Below the pieces are notes generated by a model. It did no database searches. It was not told the origin of the DNA and was given only the letters and a program-made list of their open reading frames with translations. A stretch of DNA of 62,983 bases, counting the filler, from Licmophora abbreviata (lineage: Eukaryota), in NCBI GenBank assembly GCA_900291995.1. It is 12 parts of 12 records of this genome, joined end to end, with 100 filler letters (N's around TTAATTAATTAA, not from the genome) between each part and the next. Parts side by side here need not be neighbours in the genome. Positions count along the whole stretch, not along the records: positions 11,283 to 32,719 come from OLMU01000699.1; 11 more parts are not named here. One strand, 5' to 3'. Both the position numbers and the translations under genes were made by a program. Shown here piece after piece: positions 12,343-21,854 of the stretch (position 1 is its first letter; each line of letters begins with the position of its first letter).

Positions 12343-14703
12343 ATGATCTACTCTTCCGCAGCCATCGCCAACCTGGTTTACTCCAGTCTCCCCGCCAACG
12401 AACAGCGTGCCATGGACGGTCGCTTCAGTACCGCAGTCCCCGCCTCCGAAGTGCCGAGCACCAGCCCCAGCCACCTCGGCAACCAGTTCATCAAAGCCAA
12501 CTCGACCACGCAGTCTCGTATCGCGTGTATCACCATGGCGAAGCAGATCGTCTTCGTCAACAAGACTCTCGGCATCATTCAGGTGCTGAGCAACCCCAAG
12601 TGTAGTCTTCTCGACGAAGACCCAGACGGCGAGCTCTACGTCGTCGGAGGCATGTCCGACAAGGTGAAAGATGCGGTGCCGGGCGGCATCCGTTTGGCCG
12701 ATCTTTGCCGCGACGTTCAAGTCCCATTCCCCCGCGAGTCAGAACCCGAGCTCGAGTACATCAAGGGAGCCTTTGCATTCAATGAAGAAGTGCCTGGACC
12801 TGATGGCGTCGCTCTCGGCATCTACGAGAACATGGACACCACCATCTTCAAGACAGTCCCAGAAGGGGAGGAAAATCTAGTCCTCGCACGAGTGCCAGTT
12901 TGCCTCCCAGTACCCGCTGGCTATCCCCTCGATAGTGCGAAGATCACCGATCCCGACAAGGCGGAGAACTTTCACCAGGCGGCTTCTGCAATCAGCCCCG
13001 TTCACGACCTATGGGTCTCGGCATTCTACCTTTTGGCTGTGCACTTTGGCGGCAAGGCAATGAACACAGCCAACATCAACGTTCCGGAAGAATTCCTCCC
13101 GGGAGAAAACCCAGGCCTCGAGTTTGCGGACACTATCGGCGTCGAAGTCATCAACTTGGATCCCGACTCCGAAGCGTTTCGTTTAGTATCAGCATCGATC
13201 ACTCACGACCGCGAGAAGAACCGCGAAAAATGGGTTGAAGAAAACAAGGAAAAAGTCAAAGCTATCATGGCTAAGGTTATTGGAACTACCTCGACTATCC
13301 AAGGGGGACCTCATCCAGGACAGCCAGCCAATGCACCAGCACCAGTCACGCCTAGGACAAGCAAGGAACGTCTCGACGAATCCAAGGTCGAAAAAGCAAA
13401 GGCCATCTACAAGCTCATGCTGGCATCGGAATCTACTGATGAACCAGGAACCATCACTCTTGGCGAGCCCAGCGACTTCCTGTCCGGCCTCTTTCCATCA
13501 GCTAACTCACCCAGGCCCGTCCTACCAGACATCCAGCTCGAACTGCGAACTTACATGGAAAAACGCAGCGCGTGCGTAACGGACGTCTTGTCCTACAAGA
13601 CATCCTTCCCAGTAGGGGCAGTGGGGCCGATGTTCGTAACAGCCCTATTGAGCGGCAAGTTCACCACCGTACTGATCCACGAAGTGGACTCCGTCGGTGG
13701 CGCCGGAACAGGGTTGAGTATCTTCAACTACCTGCAAACAACGACAGCCTCGGCTCGTTACAAGGAAGCGGTCGAGAACAACAAGACGACGGTGAGGCAA
13801 GCGATGTTGGGCGAAAGCGACATCAACAGCACGAAGATGTCCTTGTCGATCTTCTCCGGAGGAGAACAGTGGTCTCACGAAGACGTCTTGGCGGCTCTCG
13901 CCAATACCCAAGGCATGCTTACCTTCCTGGGACAGCCAAAAGCGTATGGGGATCCAACTTCGTTCATCTCCGAGGCAATTCGCGACCTCTTCGGGATCTT
14001 AGCACATCCAAAAGTCGAAGCAGTCTTCAACATGGCCGCCGACCTCAAGCACGTCGCACATGCAGTACTGGCCGATATCCAAGGCCTCTTAGCCGAGCAT
14101 GCAGCGTTTGCAACCAGTGCGACGAACATAGCTGCCGTCATCACGGGACAGCCGGTCGATTTTAGCCAATTCGAAAGGCTCAAGCTCCTCAAAGCCCAAC
14201 TCCAGCGCCGCCTCATCGACAATTTCCGTATGGGCCAGTTCCAACAATACAAGGACCCCCCCGCCTCTTGGAAAGTCTTCATCAGGAACAAAGAAACCGA
14301 CGGATCGAGCGGCCAAGACAAGCAAAAGGGAAAAGGGAGCAGCAAACCAGCCGGAACCGGAAATGGCGGGGCAGAACGCCGCAGCAACCCAGAGATGGGT
14401 GACCTGGTCTTCACCGGCCCTCCGAATCAGCGCCCTCCCGCCTTGCGACTGTCAGGGGATCGTCCACTCCTATGCCTCGACTGGGCATTTATCGGAAAAT
14501 CGTGCCACAAGGGAGCCAGCTGCAGCATGGCCCACAAAACATATCCCAACATGGGTAGCGCCGCGAACAAGACGGCGATGGAAAATTACGTGGCCAACAA
14601 TCGCCAGATCGAATGGGCACCACGCCATCGCAACCCACCTACTCGGACAGGGACGCCAGGCACTCAAGCAGACAACGGAGGGAACAGCGGCAGACGCGGT
14701 TAG
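12343..14703 (+). CDS. ORF1, gag-like protein with C-terminal CCCH zinc finger
   Basis: 786-aa intronless ORF directly upstream of the RT ORF; CLDWAFIGKSCHKGASCSMAH = C-x9-C-x5-C-x3-H, flanked by basic and Gly-rich tracts. Confidence 0.75.
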   Translation: MIYSSAAIANLVYSSLPANEQRAMDGRFSTAVPASEVPSTSPSHLGNQFIKANSTTQSRIACITMAKQIVFVNKTLGIIQVLSNPKCSLLDEDPDGELYVVGGMSDKVKDAVPGGIRLADLCRDVQVPFPRESEPELEYIKGAFAFNEEVPGPDGVALGIYENMDTTIFKTVPEGEENLVLARVPVCLPVPAGYPLDSAKITDPDKAENFHQAASAISPVHDLWVSAFYLLAVHFGGKAMNTANINVPEEFLPGENPGLEFADTIGVEVINLDPDSEAFRLVSASITHDREKNREKWVEENKEKVKAIMAKVIGTTSTIQGGPHPGQPANAPAPVTPRTSKERLDESKVEKAKAIYKLMLASESTDEPGTITLGEPSDFLSGLFPSANSPRPVLPDIQLELRTYMEKRSACVTDVLSYKTSFPVGAVGPMFVTALLSGKFTTVLIHEVDSVGGAGTGLSIFNYLQTTTASARYKEAVENNKTTVRQAMLGESDINSTKMSLSIFSGGEQWSHEDVLAALANTQGMLTFLGQPKAYGDPTSFISEAIRDLFGILAHPKVEAVFNMAADLKHVAHAVLADIQGLLAEHAAFATSATNIAAVITGQPVDFSQFERLKLLKAQLQRRLIDNFRMGQFQQYKDPPASWKVFIRNKETDGSSGQDKQKGKGSSKPAGTGNGGAERRSNPEMGDLVFTGPPNQRPPALRLSGDRPLLCLDWAFIGKSCHKGASCSMAHKTYPNMGSAANKTAMENYVANNRQIEWAPRHRNPPTRTGTPGTQADNGGNSGRRG

Positions 14704-14897
14704 TACATGTCCACAACGACACCACAGCTCAGTAAAATAAATCAAACAGCATCGTCTCATGAACCGACTCCCTCTCTCACACTCGGCTACACGTCTCACT
14801 AGGAGGGACGTTCGATTCACGCACCTTCTGCCTCAACGAAGAAGACAACATTGTAGAACTGCTACCCCGTCAACCATCCGGGGCCATTACACCTGCC

Positions 14898-17624
14898 ATG
14901 ATCGTCGCCCTAAAACAGAAGCAGCAAGGCTCCACGGCCAGTACCGGCATCCGCACAGTCGTCGAAGACACCGCTTCTACCGAAACAAGGGACAACAGGG
15001 ACGAGTCGGGGGGCACACGGCACAGGGTCCCCCAACCGGCGCAGATAGTACGGCAGCCTCGCCGATCAGTCTCGACTGTACTACCACCAGCGTCGCGACA
15101 GGAAAATAAGCCTTCGTTGGGCACGACCATTCTTCCCCGATACTGGTCACACTCGCGGATACCTCGGGCGCACGAATTGGCCCGCACACAAGAATTTGGT
15201 AAGAACAATTGCACTCAATCGTTCGTAACGGAAAAAGTCGTCTCCCACGTGCTCCTCCCGATCTACAAAAGCGGCTTCCTCAGCAACTGCGAACGCAAGA
15301 TCCTCCAAGGTACCATCCGTGGCGCCGAGCCATTATGGCGAGCGTGGCAGCAATACAAGGACACTGACTTCACGGCACTTCAGCTCCCAGATCCCCTCTG
15401 GTCCGAGAAAACCGAAATCAATCACGACCGAGCCGACATGTTCCTCGCGTGCGCGTTGCATTACGACTTGGATATGGCGGCTGTGTACCGCTTCGTCGGC
15501 GGGAACTACGTCGCTTCTCACCGTAATCCGGAGAAAATTCTCGAAGACACTTTCGGCCTGATAGCCGAAGAAGACTTCGAGCATTTGGGCCGCATACTTC
15601 GCCTGGGAGCACCAGCCAAGTTCCGCGAATCGTGCACTAACGCCGAGTTCCGCCAATATCGGATGTACGGGAACCACCCATCACTCGATGCAAATATTGA
15701 AAAAGTCAGGCTCGCGTTGGTCAAGGACGACTCTCGCTGTAACGCCATCTACTTTCCGGAATGGGTGACGGACTTCGCTCCCGATATCATGCTGACTCCG
15801 CTAGGCTACGCAAACGACCGGTTGATTGTTGACTCGTCCTTCCAAGTGACCCCTGATAGCCGACCATACAACATGCGGACCGACAGCACGGCCGAGCCCA
15901 CAATCCACTTCGGTAACGCCCTGCGAAGGTACTGGCGCCAAATTTACAACATCCGCGCCTCCTACCCACGAGCCGAAATCCTCCTGTTTGATGACGACGT
16001 CTCTGGATGCTTCCGACACGTAAAATACAATCCCAACGTTGTCTCGGCAAAAGCTTTCGTGGTGGACGGCTGGCTGGTACTAGCAACGGGGCAGACATTC
16101 GGTGACAGCACCAGTCCCCCGAATTGGGAACCCCTGGCACAAGCACGCATGGCCATCGCTCAAGAATTGTCCCGCTCGGGTGCCCCCGTCCCGGCTTACG
16201 CGGACTACCTGGAAGCAGTGGAGTTTCCAGCGACCGACGTAATTCCTGATGGGACTTTTATCGCCCCAGCCGTCACCGACAGTCACAACCCGGGGGTCTT
16301 TGATGAGGAGGGACACTGGCGGCCCACGGAATTTAACATGCACGTCGACGATAGCTTGTACGCAAGCGTCGATATCCGCGAGTTGCAACGGAACATGCAG
16401 ATCAGCATCGAGGCTTTGAATCGAATCCTGGGGCACCCGGTACCCGCCGAACGACCCAACGCTGTGGACCTCTCCAAGTTTCGACGGGGCAAGATTGGGC
16501 ACACGCGAGTACAAATTGGATATCTGCACGACTCGCGCCGCATGCGAGTGGGGATCCCCGACGACAAGCGACAGCGTGCTATCCAAAAACTCCGGAAAAA
16601 TTGGGGACCTCATCGACGCTCCTTCAGTCTCCTCGACGCCGCCCGGTTATTCGGTGATCTCCTGGCCCTCTGTCGGATTTGTCCATGGGCCATCTTCCTG
16701 TTCTGTAACCTGCATAGCGAAGTCTGCAAGCTCCTCAAGAACAATAGCCGTCGACTGATGCAATCTCCGACGTTTCAGGCACTGGTGGCAGATCGAGAGG
16801 CCGCGAGTATGGGGCACCCGCCCAACACGGCACGGTTGCGATGGTTCCATTCTAAGGTTGCCCGCGCCATCTGGCACGGCCAAGCAAAGACGTATATCGG
16901 CCAAGACATGCGCGACGAACTGCGTTTCATCCTGCATATCCTCGAGCACCCGACAGTGTACGACTGGTCGGGGTACATCGGTGACCTCCTGCCACGCGAT
17001 CCCCAGTACCACGCCTGGACCGACTCCTGCACGACCGGAGGTGGGGGACTTTCTTTCTCACTTCGTTTCTGGTTCAACGTCGTCTACCCTGAGCGAATCG
17101 CAAAACGCACCATCTCCTACATCAAGTGCTTCACCGACAAGCACCTCATTTCTATCAACCTCCTCGAGTACGCGATGCTGATTGTTGGTTTGGCGGGCGC
17201 CATCACGGCTTGGGAACTGCTACCATCGTCCTCCCGGCCGTACCACCCCCTCATCCTCATCTGGACCGACAACACGTCGGCGGATTCATGGACACGGAAG
17301 ATTGCAGGGCTCAAAGGTCCCCAAGGCCGCGCCCTGGCGCGCATCTTTGCTAATCTCCTCATGTTCAGCGACGTCGGAGTCAAGTCCGACCACATCGCGG
17401 GAGCGGATAACGAGATCGCCGATTACCTGTCTCGAGCGCGGCTCGACAACATGCACTCACGTTTCTCTCGCGCCCACCTGGTATCTCAGTTTCCACAGAC
17501 GAAGGCCTGTCGGCGTTTCCTCCCGAGTCCCGCGCTCCTCTCCGAGATTTACACCGCGTTGTCCAATGGATCAGCACCCATGCGAACGACCCGGCTCGAG
17601 CTCGGACGGATCGAAACAGACTAA
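14898..17624 (+). CDS. ORF2, reverse transcriptase plus RNase H
   Basis: RT motifs RLIVDSS, DDDVSGCFRH, GQTFGDSTSP, MHVDD and QIGY; RNase H motifs WTDSC, INLLEY, WTDNTS and HIAGADNEIADYLSR. Confidence 0.92.
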   Translation: MIVALKQKQQGSTASTGIRTVVEDTASTETRDNRDESGGTRHRVPQPAQIVRQPRRSVSTVLPPASRQENKPSLGTTILPRYWSHSRIPRAHELARTQEFGKNNCTQSFVTEKVVSHVLLPIYKSGFLSNCERKILQGTIRGAEPLWRAWQQYKDTDFTALQLPDPLWSEKTEINHDRADMFLACALHYDLDMAAVYRFVGGNYVASHRNPEKILEDTFGLIAEEDFEHLGRILRLGAPAKFRESCTNAEFRQYRMYGNHPSLDANIEKVRLALVKDDSRCNAIYFPEWVTDFAPDIMLTPLGYANDRLIVDSSFQVTPDSRPYNMRTDSTAEPTIHFGNALRRYWRQIYNIRASYPRAEILLFDDDVSGCFRHVKYNPNVVSAKAFVVDGWLVLATGQTFGDSTSPPNWEPLAQARMAIAQELSRSGAPVPAYADYLEAVEFPATDVIPDGTFIAPAVTDSHNPGVFDEEGHWRPTEFNMHVDDSLYASVDIRELQRNMQISIEALNRILGHPVPAERPNAVDLSKFRRGKIGHTRVQIGYLHDSRRMRVGIPDDKRQRAIQKLRKNWGPHRRSFSLLDAARLFGDLLALCRICPWAIFLFCNLHSEVCKLLKNNSRRLMQSPTFQALVADREAASMGHPPNTARLRWFHSKVARAIWHGQAKTYIGQDMRDELRFILHILEHPTVYDWSGYIGDLLPRDPQYHAWTDSCTTGGGGLSFSLRFWFNVVYPERIAKRTISYIKCFTDKHLISINLLEYAMLIVGLAGAITAWELLPSSSRPYHPLILIWTDNTSADSWTRKIAGLKGPQGRALARIFANLLMFSDVGVKSDHIAGADNEIADYLSRARLDNMHSRFSRAHLVSQFPQTKACRRFLPSPALLSEIYTALSNGSAPMRTTRLELGRIETD

Positions 17625-18738
17625 GCACGTATCTCTCGTTCTGTGCCCGCCATCAGATCTCCGATCCCCTACTCTTCTGGGCCCATCAATTCCTCACTGC
17701 CGCGAACTTCATGGGTATGTACACCGCGGACCTGGCCATGGGCAACACCATCAATCAACGAGTTGTAAAATCCGATACAGTGAAGAAGTACCTTCGCGAG
17801 GCGGAGAAGCACGTCCAGACCGGCAGAGAACGCCACATGCAGGTACATCCGACAGCCCCACGCCTCCTCTGGACGCATCCGACCCTTGCAGCGGGCGACC
17901 AGAAACGGCATTCGTGTGTCGATAGCATCCTATTGGAACTCCGGCGTTTCAAAAAACTACCAAACCGGCGGGACCCCATGACAACGGACATGATCCTCCA
18001 CCAACAGCAACTGGCGTCGTCAATCAATCCGCATTCGCTAGCGACCGCACTCAGTGAGTGGTTCGTCATCGGCCTCTACCTCGGACTTCGCTTGCACGAA
18101 TGGGCACAGAGCCACGGCGTCCGGGCACTGGATAAGGTATGGCTCAATCCGGATGGTACTCCCAAGGCTTTCCTCGTCGAGGACATCCGGTTCTTCGGTC
18201 GCCATCGTAGCCGGATCACTCGCGACGACGCGCTCACCCATCCTAATAATGTCCACTCGGCGGACTTCTGTTTCCGTTTCCAGAAGAACGGCGATAATGG
18301 TCAGTGGGTGATGCTCGTGCGGAACAAAGATCAGCCGCACCTCTGCGGGGTCACTGCTGCACTCAAGATCGTGCAGCGTGCCGCCGATCTCGCCATCGCA
18401 CCCGAACATCCCGTCGCCATCTTCACCGCCGACGGTCCTTGGGATGGCACAGTACATTTCATTTCAGAGTTGCACATCAAGCAGGCCCTTCAAGCGGCCG
18501 CAAAGCAATGTTATAACATCTCCGATGCCGAAGAGCTGGCACGATACTCTTCGCACTCGATTGGGTCGGCGCCTGCGTTGCTCTCCATGCCGCCGACCGC
18601 CCCCAGATGGACATCAAGCATGCCCTCCGCTGGCGATCCGACACCTTCTGGAACTATCTGCGCCACTTGCCACGGACCGCCCAACGCGTCGCCGACGCAA
18701 TCGCAAATTTCAATCCTATGAGCCTCTCGTGGGAATAG
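17411..18738 (+). CDS. ORF3, tyrosine recombinase, with a 1-nt frameshift at ~18563
   Basis: GLYLGLRLHEW (catalytic R), FRFQKNGDNG (K), then SHSI[R]VGACVALH...LRWRSDTFWNYLR (HxxR, W, Y) after restoring one base. The frame is open from 17411; first ATG is 17711; the restored frame stops at 18738. Confidence 0.88.
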
Positions 18739-18865
18739 TGTTCTATTAGGCATGATCATTTCCAACTATCCTTAGTCGCACGCATTCTCGGACCGAGACA
18801 TCAGCTTGACGGTTGCCTTGGCATGTCGCACTTCCCGCCACATGAACACGCACGCGACCATAGAG

Positions 18866-18927
18866 CGCGATTGCGACTATGTCAGTACTGATGGGCGCCC
18901 ATCAGTACTAAAATAGTCGTAATCGCG
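18866..18927. repeat. 62-nt inverted repeat/hairpin with a perfect 26-bp palindromic core
   Basis: CGCGATTGCGACTAT-gtc-AGTACTGATGGGC|GCCCATCAGTACT-aaa-ATAGTCGTAATCGCG. Confidence 0.95.
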
Positions 18928-19188
18928 GGCCTGGGTTGCTTGCTTGCTTGGAAGTCAGCGTCTCTGCCTAGATCAATCGAGTGATTCGAGCTCCCGATGG
19001 GATGTGGTCGGGTGTGTCTGTGTCAAATATATGCGCTGCCGAACAAAGGTCGGAACCACACCGCGTTCTGCACAACATGGCAATTGCTAGAGCTATTTTT
19101 TCAGGAAATCCCTCGACTATCGCTGTTGGAAGCATACCAGGTATCATTGTACCGCATCGAAATCCTTCAATAGGTTGCAACACGCAGA

Positions 19189-21338
19189 ATGATTCGTCCT
19201 TTTGTAAGGACGGCGATACGGACGCGATTTCCCCGAAGTACGGCTCTAGCTGGATATTTGCCTTCAAGACCGCGTCTTCCGGGCGCAACGCCGCCTTCGA
19301 GGTCATTCTCTTCCGCCCAGCAGATAAAGGACGAAGAAGCGCCGACGCCTACTCCGTTTGTGAAAAGGGAAGACGTGCAAAAAGAAGAACAGAAGCGAAG
19401 GCGTCTATCCGAAGTGAGTTTTGTGATTCAGTTCTGAATTCAGTTTTGTAGATTCACCTCTACATATTTTGCCCTCTGTTTGGTTTCTCTCACGCTCTAT
19501 GCCTCTGGATTCTCGCAGGTTCTTATTTCCGAAGTTCTCAGAGCCAAACATGCACTGCGCTGGGTCGATCCGGGTCTTGGAGCGACCTCCACTATCCAGG
19601 AGGCCGTGACGGCCTGTATCGATGGAGGACTCAGCGGAATGATGGTGGTGGACGGCAAGAAGGTCCTTGGGCTTACCTCGTCGCGTGATTTGCTTCGCAT
19701 AATTGCCGCTGGAATTCGAGATGGAGAAACTCCCGAGAAAATACTGAACCAGCCAATTGGAGATTTCATGACCCCCATTTCGCAAGTCATCTACGCGAGA
19801 CCGGAAGAGACGATTGGAATGTGTCGCACCATCATGGCCAAACTGGGAATCAAATGTCTTCCCATTTTATCCAAAACGGGACAAGTCGAGGGACTAGTGA
19901 CGGCCAAGGATATGGCCGACTTTGGATTGGAGGCAACGGACAAAGGCGGCAAAAAGTCGTTCCTACGAAATATTTCGGAGCGAGTGGGTTTGAGTTCCAA
20001 CACGAGCATGGCGGAGCCGCCTCCCTATCTACAGGCACACTTGGCGCTTGAACAGTCACCACTCTTTGTCAACATTGCCGTCTCCGAACTTCCTCATCCC
20101 TTTAAGAAAACGGATGGATGCGGCATGAATCATCGAGGTGCGGATCATGTTGTGTCGTGCCATTAAAAGTTGCTACGTTTTTCCCTTGTGCCTCACGCTC
20201 CCAAGTTTTCATCGTTCGCACAGACTTTGGCCCCCATGAATTCTCGATGGATACGGAAATGTCAGAGGACGCCCATTTTGTTGCGGAAGTTAGGCTCCCG
20301 GACGAAGCGGGCGACAAGTTTCGCGACGTGACGTATATGGGAGTCGCGGATGGTGTGGGCAGTTGGCGAGAGTACGGCGTCGATCCACGCGAGTTCTCCC
20401 ACCGACTCATGGCAGAATGCGAAAACATTCTTAAGGAGGCAGCGGCAAAAGCAGAGCTGGGCGGAGGCAAGTTTCGACGCATGATTGCCCCGGCGGAGAT
20501 CCTATCGCAGGCGTACGAACGAGTCAAGGCGGCGAACGTGATTGGATCATCGACGGCCTGTGTGGCGCTCGTGGACAGCATACGACACCAACTCCACTTC
20601 AGCAACTTGGGCGACAGTGGAATTATCGTGCTACGACACATTGATTCGGACGTGGCAGGATCGCTGAAGCGAAGTAAGACGCCGCGAACAGAACGAAAGT
20701 CGGATCTTCGAGTGGCTTTTGTATCACAACAGCAGTTGAAGTCGTTCAATCACCCGTTCCAATTGGGTTGGACTGGCGAGGAAATAGAAGAGGGTGAAAG
20801 TGTGTCGTTCAAGAAGGCTTCAGATTCGTGTACGACTTCGATTCATGTCCGACGTGGCGACATTGTCATCGCGGCTACGGATGGCCTGTTCGACAACGTT
20901 GACGTGGAGGATATTGCAGCGATAGCCTTAGAATGGGAACAAAAGAATGGGTTCATCCGTAGCGGCGATATTATTGCGCGCGAGAAGCGATGGGCGATGG
21001 GAAACTCTCTGACGGTACTATCAAACGAGACGCTTCCGGAGCTGGTGGAGGCCCTCTGTGTGAAGGCGCGTGAGAACAGTCTCGACACGACTTTGGACTC
21101 GCCGTTTGCTATACTGGCCAAGGAGAACGACATCATGTGGAGCGGAGGTAAGAAATGGCGGGAATGGCAACATCCATTGATCTGTTCATTGGATTCTTAT
21201 CAGTGTGCTGACGTATGTTGCTTTGGTTTTGCTGTTGGATCTCATTTGAAAACAGGAATGCCGGACGACTGTACAGTGATTGCCATGCACGTGGTCGGGA
21301 GACATCACGACGACCTGATGGACAAGGACCACCAGTGA
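19189..21338 (+). CDS. CBS-pair plus PTC7-type PP2C phosphatase fusion (4 exons)
   Basis: CBS motifs (VLGLTSSRDLL, LGIKCLPI..VEGLVTAKD) and PP2C motifs (SEDAHF, GVADGVGSW, GSSTAC, NLGDSG, ATDGLFDN, GGMPDDCTV). Introns 19414..19518, 20138..20223 and 21148..21255 keep the frame. Confidence 0.9.
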
Positions 21339-21854
21339 ACTTTTGAAAGCGACAATGTGTTCTGTCTGCGTAAGAATAGTTAGGTCAGTACCCGTATCGT
21401 GTGTTCTAGGGAGGACTCCGCTATAACGCCATGTTTCCGATACATCTTGGAGAGCTCAGGAGAGTACGGCGTTGCTCCTATGATGCCATGGCGATGGCCA
21501 TCTTCAATCTCTCCAGACTATATTTTATATTTGGCGTACGGCCATGTTGGTTTCTCTCGAGGTCTACGGACTTGGAAGATTTGGCGGGAAAAAAGGTATC
21601 CAATCATGGTACATATCGTACGAGGAACGCCCTGTATATTTCGTACGAGGTCTACCATTGACAACCCGGATGTCACAGAAAGAAGTACACTGTAGATTAT
21701 CTCCGCTGCGTCGACCATGATGATGCTATCAGGCTGTTTGCGCTAGAGTAAACGACAAGCGCCCCCCTTTCGTTGATTTCCAACTCACTTCCTCGCGTGT
21801 GAGCGAATTCAGAACGTGTCGTGGACCAAGCGCTGACGCGTGCGTTGCATCGTC

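Larger units (their letters stand above)
11283..18950 (+). mobile_element. Tyrosine-recombinase retrotransposon (DIRS order; Ngaro/VIPER-like domain content)
   Basis: Intronless gag-like, RT-RNase H and YR ORFs in tandem on one strand; 5' tandem repeats; 3' hairpin. The left boundary is hidden by the linker at 11183..11282. Confidence 0.88.

Noticed and set aside
14898..17624. LTR (Copia/Gypsy) or LINE classification of the RT
   Set aside because: No protease, DDE integrase or endonuclease motifs; a YR ORF follows directly and the RNase H is DIRS-style.
17182..17925. 247-aa third-frame ORF inside the element
   Set aside because: R/P/S-rich shadow frame with no motifs; expected in GC-rich coding DNA.
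18884..18909. Hammerhead ribozyme or bacterial terminator at the 3' hairpin
   Set aside because: CTGATGG is not the CUGANGA core, there is no matching GAAA arm, and there is no U-tract.
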